Source: Chloroflexota bacterium
GTDB lineage: Bacteria; Chloroflexota; UBA11872; UBA12225
NCBI GenBank assembly: GCA_947446285.1
Contig: CANFGH010000006.1
Location: 1-59,790, forward strand
Direction: 5' to 3'
Length of the DNA stretch: 59,790 nt
Shown here: positions 38,813 to 48,141 of the stretch, in pieces
How positions within the stretch are numbered: position 1 is the stretch's first letter
Layout of the letters: every line of letters starts with the position of its first letter
Notes under the pieces: generated by a model
Databases searched by the model: none
What the model was told of the DNA's origin: nothing
What the model saw: the letters and a program-made list of their open reading frames with translations, nothing else
Position numbers and translations under genes: made by a program

Positions 38813-39511
38813 ATGACCGTCAACGCGAGAGGCATTGACGTACCATCACGCTTCACCCCGGCAACTGACCGGGACCGGAGCGTGACATCCGTGCAGTACC
38901 GCCTCGACCCCATGCAAGTGCGGGATATCCCGGCGGTCATCGAGGTGGAACGGTCGTCATTCTCGGTTCCGTGGCCAGCCGGTGCCTATCGCCGCGAACT
39001 TGAGGACAACGTCCTCGCTCGGTATCTGGTTCTGCGGGGAACTCCAGACATCGACCGAGGATCAACCGATGTCGAGGGGGCAAGTGCGCGTCCCTTTCCC
39101 TTTTCGCTATTTGGCCGTCCCGCCCCGGTCAAGGTTGAGTCTGAAATGGTTGGGTACGCCGGGTTGTGGCTGATGATCGATGAAGCGCACGTCACCTCTG
39201 TCGCGGTTCGCCCGAGTTACCGGGGGAGGGGTCTGGGACGTCTCCTGATGTGGGGGATGTTTGAGATCGCAAGCAATCTCGGGGCAAGGTGGGTGACCCT
39301 TGAGGTGCGCATGTCGAATACGGTCGCGCGCCGGATGTATGAGGCCCTTGGGTTCAAGGACGCCGGGGTAAGGCCTCGGTACTACACAGACAATAATGAG
39401 GACGCCCTCATCATGTGGAGTGAGGACCTCCAGACTGAGTCGTTCCAGGATCGAATGGACGCTCTGAAGGCCGATCTCGACCGCCGGTTTGCTTGGCAGA
39501 GTTCGGGCTGA
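38813..39511 (+). CDS. rimI: Ribosomal protein alanine N-acetyltransferase RimI
   Basis: SFSVPW, GYAGLW..DEAHVTSVAV, RGRGLG, LEVRMSN, RPRYYTDNNEDALIM; start uncertain. Confidence 0.92.
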   Translation: MTVNARGIDVPSRFTPATDRDRSVTSVQYRLDPMQVRDIPAVIEVERSSFSVPWPAGAYRRELEDNVLARYLVLRGTPDIDRGSTDVEGASARPFPFSLFGRPAPVKVESEMVGYAGLWLMIDEAHVTSVAVRPSYRGRGLGRLLMWGMFEIASNLGARWVTLEVRMSNTVARRMYEALGFKDAGVRPRYYTDNNEDALIMWSEDLQTESFQDRMDALKADLDRRFAWQSSG

Positions 39512-39637
39512 GCCTTCGGGTCGGTAAGGCAGAGGGTCAAGTCGATTGTCAGGGTTGGCATCACGAACCCCCGATGAACGCTTCGGTTCACGTCGGTCCG
39601 ATCTTCCGCGAGAGAAAGCCGCTTCGCTGCCGAAAGG

Positions 39638-40771
39638 TTGCCCGCATTGACGACGATTCTTGCAATCGAGACCAGTTGTGACGAGACCGCTGCCGCGGTC
39701 GTCGAGAACGGCATGACGGTTCGGAGTTCGATTGTTGTCAGCCAAGAGGCCTTGCACCGGCGATGGGGCGGCGTGGTGCCCGAGTTGGCGTCGCGTGAGC
39801 ACTCGCTGCACATTGCACCGGCGGTGCGTCAGGCACTGGAGGTTGCAGGGATCTCGTGGGCGGGGATTGATGCCGTCGCAGTGACCCACGGGCCTGGACT
39901 GGCAGGTGCGCTGGTCGTTGGCGTGAACTTCGCCAAGGCCGTCGCGGCCGCGCGGTCGGTTCCGCTCGTGCCAGTGAACCACCTGGAGGGCCACTTGTAT
40001 GCCAACTGGCTCGGAATCCCCGGCGCACCCGATACTGGCTGGGATCATCGCGGGCCTGAGTTCCCGGTTCTCTGCCTCGTCGTTTCTGGAGGACATACCG
40101 AGTTGGTTGTCGTCCGCGGGCATGGTGATCTTTCGGTTGTCGGGCGAACGAGGGATGATGCCGCCGGCGAGGCGTTCGACAAGGTCGCCCGGATCCTTGG
40201 TCTTGGGTATCCCGGCGGTCCGGCAATCCAAGCCGCTGCCATGCTGGCGCCTGGTGAAGCGGCCACTGACGCAGCGGATGCATTGACCCGCCCGTGGATG
40301 CGAGGAACGCTTGACTTCAGTTTCAGTGGTTTGAAGACCGCGATGCTCCGTCAGGTTGAAGGAGATGCCACAAACGGCGGGCGCCCAGTGGGCAACCCCT
40401 CGAGGATGGCAGGCGTTGCCAGGTCAATCGCTGGCCAGTCGGGTGAAGTTCCAGAACGCACAGCCCGTCTGGCCCGGGCGTTCCAGGAGGCCGTTGTCGA
40501 TGTCCTTGTCTCGAAGACCTGTGACGCCGCTGAACGCTTTGACGCAAGGGAGGTGGTGATCGCCGGCGGCGTTGCCGCAAACCTTCGGCTGCGTGAAGCC
40601 TTAGTTGCGCGGTCAAAGGTGCCTGTGCGGGTACCACCGCTTGTGTATTGCACAGACAATGCCGCGATGATCGGCGCGGCCGGGTACTTTCGTCTGCAAC
40701 ACGGCCACGTCGCCACGTCGTCCCTGGATATTCGTCCGGGGCTACGTCTTGACGACGCTAACGGGGCGTAG
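39638..40771 (+). CDS. tsaD: tRNA t6A transferase TsaD
   Basis: AIETSCDET, GGVVPELASREH, NHLEGH, VSGGHT, DDAAGEAFDK, FSFSGLKT, CTDNAAMI. Confidence 0.97.
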   Translation: MPALTTILAIETSCDETAAAVVENGMTVRSSIVVSQEALHRRWGGVVPELASREHSLHIAPAVRQALEVAGISWAGIDAVAVTHGPGLAGALVVGVNFAKAVAAARSVPLVPVNHLEGHLYANWLGIPGAPDTGWDHRGPEFPVLCLVVSGGHTELVVVRGHGDLSVVGRTRDDAAGEAFDKVARILGLGYPGGPAIQAAAMLAPGEAATDAADALTRPWMRGTLDFSFSGLKTAMLRQVEGDATNGGRPVGNPSRMAGVARSIAGQSGEVPERTARLARAFQEAVVDVLVSKTCDAAERFDAREVVIAGGVAANLRLREALVARSKVPVRVPPLVYCTDNAAMIGAAGYFRLQHGHVATSSLDIRPGLRLDDANGA

Positions 40772-40783
40772 CGTCTCGGCAGG

Positions 40784-41392
40784 TCAGCGGGGCGCTCGTT
40801 CCATCAATCGGTCAAGCCGTGCCCGCATGGCCTTCGGCTTCAGGCCTCCGATCGCGAAGTCCTTGAGATGCCCATCCGGTCCGATGAAGAAGTGGGTTGG
40901 CAGGCCCGAAACCCGGTAATTCTCGGTGATGCGGTATTCCTGGTCGACGATTACCGGCAATTGGATCTTGGTGGTCTCCGCATACTTGCGCACCGTCTCT
41001 GCGGCCTCACCGATGCTGATCAGGATGATCGCGAGGCCGGAATTTGCGGCGGTTTCGGCGGGGGGCACGTATTCGCGCGACACCGCCACGATGTCTGGCA
41101 TTTCAGCGCGACAGGGTGGGCACCACGACGCCCAGACGTTGATCCATACCGGGCGTCCAAGGTAGTCGGACAACTTCATTGTCGATCCATCAAGGGACGG
41201 AAGGTTGAAATCCGGCGCAGTCGAACCGGCGGCAAGGGACTTGCCCCCGCGTCCGGCGTACGTGATTGGCACTGGCGCATCGATGTCTTCAACACGCGAT
41301 GCCATGACCGCCGCGTATCCGGCCGTGCCTGCGATTGTCAGGACACTGATCCCAGTCAGCGCGGCGCGGCGTGTTCGCAACCCGCCAGCCAT
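40784..41392 (-). CDS. resA: TlpA/ResA-family thiol-disulfide oxidoreductase
   Basis: APDFNL, WASWCPPCRAEMP, GLPT; N-terminal membrane anchor; ATG 41392 lies just after the ccsA stop. Confidence 0.88.
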   Translation of the reverse strand: MAGGLRTRRAALTGISVLTIAGTAGYAAVMASRVEDIDAPVPITYAGRGGKSLAAGSTAPDFNLPSLDGSTMKLSDYLGRPVWINVWASWCPPCRAEMPDIVAVSREYVPPAETAANSGLAIILISIGEAAETVRKYAETTKIQLPVIVDQEYRITENYRVSGLPTHFFIGPDGHLKDFAIGGLKPKAMRARLDRLMERAPR

Positions 41393-41399
41393 GTTGGGA

Positions 41400-42206
41400 T
41401 CAGAATCCGGAGTAGGTGTGGAGGCCACCAAGGAAGTAGTTTCCAAAGAAGGTAAACATGACTGCGCCGAACCCAACGATCAGGAGTGAAGCCGCCCTGA
41501 CGCCACGCCAATGGCGCTGGGCACGGGCGTGCAGGTACACACCGTAGATGAGCCATGTGAAGAGCGCTGCGGTCTCCTTTGGATCCCAACTCCAATAGGC
41601 ACCCCAGGCAACGTTGGCCCAGAGTGCGCCGAGGATCAGCAGCATCGCCTGTGCCGGAAATCCGATCATCACCGCTTTGTGACCGATCTCGTCTAGGACC
41701 TCAGGGGCGGGCAGGAAACTCACGGTGCCCTTCCGGTTTACGAGGTAGAGGACCCCGGCAGCGAACCCGCACGCGAATGTCCCATACGAGATGATCGCCA
41801 TCGCGACGTGTGTCGTCAGCATGGCGTTGTTCTGCAACGCGGAGATCAAAGGGTCAATTCGGGACGGCAACGTGCTGGCGTAGGCAAGCAAGCCGAACGC
41901 AACCGTGACCGCAATGAACCCAAGACTTCGCAGACGGAAACGATGTTCGAGGTAGAGGTAACTGGCGATCGTGCCCCAAGCGAAACTCAAGGAGAACTCG
42001 AACTGGTTCGAGTAGGGTGCGTGCCCGGACGCAACCCATCGCAAGCCGAGGGAGGTGGTCAGGAGCAATGCGCCGTTAACGGTGAAGAAGGTCCCGTAGC
42101 GCCCAGCGCCGCGTCGTTGGCCAATCGTGTACCAGAGGTACGCAAGAAGGGCGATGCCGAGCGTGATGAACGAGGCAGTGAAGGTGTAGTACGACGCCTT
42201 TGCCAT
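41400..42206 (-). CDS. ccsA: Cytochrome c biogenesis protein CcsA/ResC
   Basis: WWD motif WGAYWSWDPKET; conserved His in THV, YLH and GLHTY. Confidence 0.95.
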   Translation of the reverse strand: MAKASYYTFTASFITLGIALLAYLWYTIGQRRGAGRYGTFFTVNGALLLTTSLGLRWVASGHAPYSNQFEFSLSFAWGTIASYLYLEHRFRLRSLGFIAVTVAFGLLAYASTLPSRIDPLISALQNNAMLTTHVAMAIISYGTFACGFAAGVLYLVNRKGTVSFLPAPEVLDEIGHKAVMIGFPAQAMLLILGALWANVAWGAYWSWDPKETAALFTWLIYGVYLHARAQRHWRGVRAASLLIVGFGAVMFTFFGNYFLGGLHTYSGF

Positions 42207-42356
42207 TGCTGTCTCACCTCACTGTCTGAACGGGCATCCGGGCAAGCCTCAGCAACGTCGCTTTGGCACGCACTCACCCAAGTGTAGGGGTTTGAAAAAC
42301 ATGCCCGAGGACCGTGCCGGCGTGAGGGTCCGCTTGTACGCGAAATGTACGCCGTT

Positions 42357-43916
42357 TCACATTCCGGCCTCAATCCGGTCTCCCATCGCGCTTGGTTGAA
42401 CGGACGCCACAACGGTCCCGCCAACTTGTCTCGCAAGGTGTGCACCCAAGTCGGTGAATTCGTGCGCGAAAAGGACTTCATTCACGTGGGCCGACGCAAA
42501 CGTCACCAGCGAACCACCGTGGGGTGCATCTTCGATCCGGGCCCAGATACGACGCAGAGGCAGGTGAAAGACCGTCATTGAACCGAGCACCATGAGGGCG
42601 GCGCCGATCCAGATGACATTCACGACTGGGTTATACACGACCTGCAACCCTGAGAACTGGGTCTCGCGGACAAACTCGAAGGTGAAACCGACAATCTCGC
42701 GCTTTTCACCTTGCGCAAGAGTCTCGACCGCGACGGGTCGAGGCTGCTTCGGGGCAAAGATTTCCAACCGGACACTTCCCGCGGGGATTACCGGATCCGG
42801 GGCTTGCAACGAGGCAGACGGAACGAGGACGAAGACGGCAAATTGACGGTTCCCTAAGACGAAGTTCCCGCCATTTCTTGTCACGCCATCGCCGTCATAT
42901 TTGAAACCAAGTGCGGTGCTGTCTTCATAGATGATGGCACCTTCGGCAGTTCTCACGCGCATTGCCACGGCCGGACCGAAGAAGGCCTGGTGGAAGCGGA
43001 CGGTCCCCACGTCCAAGGGTTCATTCACCCTGATGGTTCCGCGGGAGGCTTCCTTGCCGTCCTTGAGGACCACTACTTCGGACCGGAAGTCGGAGGCAGT
43101 CCCATTCGGGAAGTATTCCTCGACGAACGCCTCATTACGGAGCACGAGACCGGTGTCGTGACCGACCGCTCGGGTGGTGCCTTCAGGGACCATGAAGGCG
43201 TCTTCGCGCCAACCGGTTACGTTTCCAAGCACCCCGGCACCGAGAATGATGATGAGGCCGAGGTGGTTGGCAAAGGTGCCGTACTTCCCGTAACGGTTCC
43301 GATCGGCATAGATTGCGGGGGTAGCGCCGTCATTCCAATCGATTGTCCTGTAGCCGCGTCGACGCATGACCGTCGAAAGGCGTGGGCGGAGTTCGGCTGG
43401 CTGATCGTTGACGAAGATCCTGATTTGCAGCGGCGCTCTACTGAAGAAGCGTGTGGGTACCTTGACGGGCGGTCGCCTGACAACCGCGATGATCCCGGGG
43501 GTGCGCGACGCCACATTGACCATGATGGCGAGCGAGAGGAGCGCGAGGAGCCCGCGGAACCAGAGGCTCTGGAACACGCGGTAGAACTCCAATGCCTCGA
43601 AGATGGACGCCCAAGGTTCGCCGTACCGCCCGCGTGGACCCAGGAGCCATGCGTCGAACAGTTCTGGGGATGCCTGAACGTCCCCTGGCGCCTGCATGAT
43701 GACCGTGCCAATGAACACGCTGATGGCAGTCAGTGCGATCAGGACCACCCCGAAGCGGATCGAGCCGAGCACATTCCATATGTGGTCGAACCAGTCGCGG
43801 CCGTGCCTCGCCGCGCGCGGCGAGGGTGACTTACCGTCCGCCGTTGGTTTCGGAGCCAATGGTTCAGCCTCGGTGTCGGCCCGTTTGTCCGGCGTGAGCG
43901 TTCCCGTCGCGATCAT
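42357..43916 (-). CDS. resB: Cytochrome c biogenesis protein ResB/Ccs1
   Basis: GTVIMQ, FQSLWF, NHLG, FRSEV, IRVNEPL, SGLQVVYNP; adjacent to ccsA. Confidence 0.9.
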   Translation of the reverse strand: MIATGTLTPDKRADTEAEPLAPKPTADGKSPSPRAARHGRDWFDHIWNVLGSIRFGVVLIALTAISVFIGTVIMQAPGDVQASPELFDAWLLGPRGRYGEPWASIFEALEFYRVFQSLWFRGLLALLSLAIMVNVASRTPGIIAVVRRPPVKVPTRFFSRAPLQIRIFVNDQPAELRPRLSTVMRRRGYRTIDWNDGATPAIYADRNRYGKYGTFANHLGLIIILGAGVLGNVTGWREDAFMVPEGTTRAVGHDTGLVLRNEAFVEEYFPNGTASDFRSEVVVLKDGKEASRGTIRVNEPLDVGTVRFHQAFFGPAVAMRVRTAEGAIIYEDSTALGFKYDGDGVTRNGGNFVLGNRQFAVFVLVPSASLQAPDPVIPAGSVRLEIFAPKQPRPVAVETLAQGEKREIVGFTFEFVRETQFSGLQVVYNPVVNVIWIGAALMVLGSMTVFHLPLRRIWARIEDAPHGGSLVTFASAHVNEVLFAHEFTDLGAHLARQVGGTVVASVQPSAMGDRIEAGM

Positions 43917-43976
43917 CTCGGTATCCGCTCCTAGTCTACCGATGACACCGTCACCCACGGTTGTCTCGCGGGACGA

Positions 43977-44003
43977 TTAGCAGTCTTCCGCGGAGAGTGC
44001 TAG
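43977..44003. promoter_or_regulatory. CIRCE element (HrcA operator)
   Basis: TTAGCAGTC-N9-GAGTGCTAG versus consensus TTAGCACTC-N9-GAGTGCTAA; upstream of groES. Confidence 0.9.
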
Positions 44004-44209
44004 ACTTGCCATGCCAACGTTCCGCACAGGTCATGTCGTTCGGATGCGCCACCTCGATCGCAGCAGATGATTGGATTGGGGTGTCCTGCGGTGATTGCCT
44101 GAGCCTTGTCCGATTCCGTGGCTGCGATCATGCGTAAGCATGTGCGACCGCGAATGATTCCGATGCGAGCCGGGTGACCCGGCGTGACCGATTAGGGAGG
44201 TCAGACCAC

Positions 44210-44518
44210 ATGTCTACGGCAACCGCGACTCGGCTTAAGCCACTGGGTGACAAAGTGGTAGTGCGGCCGACGCAGCGCGAAGAAACGACCAAGAGCGGAA
44301 TCGTCCTGCCGGACACCGCAAAAGAGAAGCCCCAGGAAGGCGTGATCATTGCTGTTGGCACCGGACGCGTGCTTGACAATGGTGAGCGGATCGCTCTCGA
44401 GGTCCATGAGGGCCAGAAGGTTCTCTACGCGAAGTACGCCGGGACCGAGATCAAGCTCGACGGCGAGGAACTCCTGATCCTGTCCGAGAAGGACGTGCTC
44501 GCCGTCGTCGAGGACTAA
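44210..44518 (+). CDS. groES: Co-chaperonin GroES
   Basis: [34 protein letters not shown]; AGGGAGG RBS. Confidence 0.98.
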   Translation: MSTATATRLKPLGDKVVVRPTQREETTKSGIVLPDTAKEKPQEGVIIAVGTGRVLDNGERIALEVHEGQKVLYAKYAGTEIKLDGEELLILSEKDVLAVVED

Positions 44519-44561
44519 ACTTCAGCGATGCGCTGCACGCCTAACCGGCTGCGGTACACGT

Positions 44562-44597
44562 AAGGCGGGGACGCTCTAGGGCGTTCCCGCTTTGTTT
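44562..44597 (+). terminator. Intrinsic terminator after groES
   Basis: AAGGCGGGGACGC…GCGTTCCCGCTTT hairpin followed by a T-rich tail. Confidence 0.75.
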
Positions 44598-44612
44598 GTA
44601 CCGCGGAGCAAA

Positions 44613-45728
<1,116 letters not shown>

Positions 45729-45733
45729 TCAAC

Positions 45734-46747
45734 ATGACGGAACTCGAGCTACCTAAGAGACATTCACCATCCGACCAACCAGGGTTGCTGGCTCCGCGAG
45801 CGCAGGCAGCCAGACCCAGAAGCCGGGTGCGTCAGGTATTCAATCCCCGGTTGCTTGGTGATGCTGTGCGCGAGGCTCGCACGTCGCGACGGCCAACCTT
45901 GACCCTTGCTTCCCTTGCATCGGTTGTCGGATGCTCGGTTGCGCTCCTGAGCAAGGTAGAAAACGGGGTGGTGGTTCCCTCGCTTCCCATGTTGTCGGCG
46001 ATTGCGACTGCAGTCGGCGTGCCAGTCGGGAACCTGATAGGTGGTGCATCTCGTGCAGCCCCGACCGGTCATTTGGAATCCCAAATCCAGCGGGTCCATG
46101 CCGCACGCCTGCTAGGTTGGCGCCCGGACCTTGGGCCACTGCTTGAGGCAGAGCGCCTTGGAACGGGTGATGTCGAGATGCGCGCACGCATTCTGGCACT
46201 CCTTGCAGCTTTCGATGCGGATGCCGTGTCTGGAGGCGTCCGCATTGCCGATGCCATCGCCTTAGTCGCGCCGGGGAGGATGGATACAAACCCCGTTTCG
46301 CGTGCGCCAGATGCTCGCGCCGAGGTGCTCATGACTGCTGGCGAATTGGCCCTGGCGCGCAGTGATGCAGCCGAGGCAACGGCGTTTTGGGGCCGAGGTC
46401 TCGCCTGCGCGACTGGCGCAGGCATGTGGCAAACCATGGTTCGCGCTCGCCTTGCCCTGAACCTCGCGCGCCTCATCGAAGGATCGAACGCCTCAATTAC
46501 CGCATTCACGCTGGCAAGGGAGTCACTCGAACTCGTCTTGGATCCCGCAATGGTTGCAAGACGTGAGGCGAACCTCGACGGGGATGGCCCCGCGACTGGG
46601 ACCGTTCTCGCACTTGCGATCATCGCGACGGTCCGGGGGTTGCTTGCGGAGGTCGTCGGGAGAATCGCGGTCTCATCGGTGAGGCGTGACGCCCGCACGG
46701 AGCAAGTGGTCAAGCCTGATGTCTCGCATAGCCGTCACTTGCGATAG
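45734..46747 (+). CDS. XRE-family HTH regulator with helical (degenerate TPR-like) C-terminal region
   Basis: LGDAVREAR…TLASLASVVGCSVALLSKVENG…PSLPMLSAIATAVGV. Confidence 0.7.
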   Translation: MTELELPKRHSPSDQPGLLAPRAQAARPRSRVRQVFNPRLLGDAVREARTSRRPTLTLASLASVVGCSVALLSKVENGVVVPSLPMLSAIATAVGVPVGNLIGGASRAAPTGHLESQIQRVHAARLLGWRPDLGPLLEAERLGTGDVEMRARILALLAAFDADAVSGGVRIADAIALVAPGRMDTNPVSRAPDARAEVLMTAGELALARSDAAEATAFWGRGLACATGAGMWQTMVRARLALNLARLIEGSNASITAFTLARESLELVLDPAMVARREANLDGDGPATGTVLALAIIATVRGLLAEVVGRIAVSSVRRDARTEQVVKPDVSHSRHLR

Positions 46748-46764
46748 GTTGCAGCGAGGGGAAC

Positions 46765-46784
46765 CTACCCCAGCGCTGGGGTAG
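46765..46784. terminator. Perfect 20-bp palindrome between convergent genes (probable terminator hairpin)
   Basis: CTACCCCAGCGCTGGGGTAG. Confidence 0.5.
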
Positions 46785-46824
46785 CCCCGCTATCCAGTCG
46801 CGGCGTGGAACTCCCGGGGGTTCC

Positions 46825-47946
46825 TCAGGGAGCCGCTGTAGGTATCACGGGCGCTGGTTCATCGTCCAGGCCAATCGCAGTGCGCGTGACGTCGACCGAT
46901 TGCAGGTCGAGCGCGGTGGCTACGTCATCGGGCCGACCGGCGCCAGTTGCGTCGTGTCTCACCACCAACCAGAGACGCGCAACCGCTCCCGAGGAATGCC
47001 GATCGTCTTCAAGTGGGGACGACGCGTCCCATATCCACGATGCATCGATAAGTAACGGCCGGATGTCGACGTTGCTGGACTTGCCATCGCGAGTGCGAGT
47101 GACGAGTGCTTGTGGACTGTCCAGAAGGGTTCTCAGCCTCGTGTCCAGTTCGGCGCGCGATGGCAAGGGCGGGGCTGGGGTCAACGGTGCGAGCCACTCG
47201 GCAGGAGGACGTAACGGTTCCTCATCGTTCAGTAGGTGCGGGTTCGCCACCAGTGGCGCGCCAGTCTGGGTGGGAGTGCCCGGGTCGCGTTCTGTCGGGA
47301 ACGACCCGTCGTCGTTTGGGGTTTGGTCCGACACGGTTGATGGATCGCTTCTGCGCCGGTCGTTCGCGGATCCGGAACGTGGAGGTGTTGCAATGACCGC
47401 CGGGTCCGGGACGCGCCGTGCCCATCTGGTGCCGGTCTCGCTGGCAAGCGACATCTCGGTTTCTGACGGATTGGACAGTGTAATGATGAACGATGCCCAC
47501 TTCATGACCGCGGTCATTGAAGGCGCGTCGAGGTCGACCCGGGAGGCATCGCAAATCTCGCAGCCAGGTGGCAACTGTGATCTGAGCGCCGTGATGACGT
47601 CCTCGGGCGAAATGCTTTCCGCAAGGTGGATGTCCACGCGTTCGCGCAGGCCGACGGCGCCAAGGGAGAGCGGCGCCGCAAACGCGATGCGCGGGCGGGG
47701 TGTGAAACCATGTGTGTAGGCGACTGGTAGTCGGGCGCGACGCACGGCTCGTTCCCAAACCCTGGCGAGGTCGAGATGCCCGATGAACCGGAGTGGACCG
47801 AGCTTGGTGAAAGTCAGCCGGATACGCACGACGGCGGGGCGCATTGTCCGTTCGGTCACCAGTCGTCCGGTCGGGATTCCGTCCGGTGGTTCATCTAGGA
47901 TTGGTGGACCCATCGCGCCGATGAGGTCTGCGGGTTCGGTGGTCAT
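46825..47946 (-). CDS. TIGR03936/DUF2344 radical-SAM-associated protein
   Basis: FTKLGPLRFIGHLDL..WERAVRRA.LPVAYTHGFTPRPRIAFA.PL.LG, VDIRPL, GRPDDV. Confidence 0.85.
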   Translation of the reverse strand: MTTEPADLIGAMGPPILDEPPDGIPTGRLVTERTMRPAVVRIRLTFTKLGPLRFIGHLDLARVWERAVRRARLPVAYTHGFTPRPRIAFAAPLSLGAVGLRERVDIHLAESISPEDVITALRSQLPPGCEICDASRVDLDAPSMTAVMKWASFIITLSNPSETEMSLASETGTRWARRVPDPAVIATPPRSGSANDRRRSDPSTVSDQTPNDDGSFPTERDPGTPTQTGAPLVANPHLLNDEEPLRPPAEWLAPLTPAPPLPSRAELDTRLRTLLDSPQALVTRTRDGKSSNVDIRPLLIDASWIWDASSPLEDDRHSSGAVARLWLVVRHDATGAGRPDDVATALDLQSVDVTRTAIGLDDEPAPVIPTAAP

Positions 47947-48141
47947 TGCCGTTGGTCATACCATGCCGGCGCATATCGTCACGCCGGAGGCACCGGTACG
48001 TTCAGTAGAGGCGGCGGCGTAGTGGACAGACCCGGGGAGTAGTGTGAGAAGGATCGGCCCGAACCCGAACGGGAGAGATGGCGTGCTGGTTGTTTCGATG
48101 AGACATGCCGGGGCACGTTTGATGGGCAGTAGGCGAGCACA

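Noticed and set aside
41360-41392. TRRAAL twin-arginine-like motif in ResA
   Set aside because: Weak match to the Tat consensus; positive charges before a membrane anchor explain it
44011-44070. 19-codon upstream ORF in the groES leader
   Set aside because: The ATG is only 4 nt from the presumed -10 box, probably upstream of the TSS, and the codon content is unremarkable
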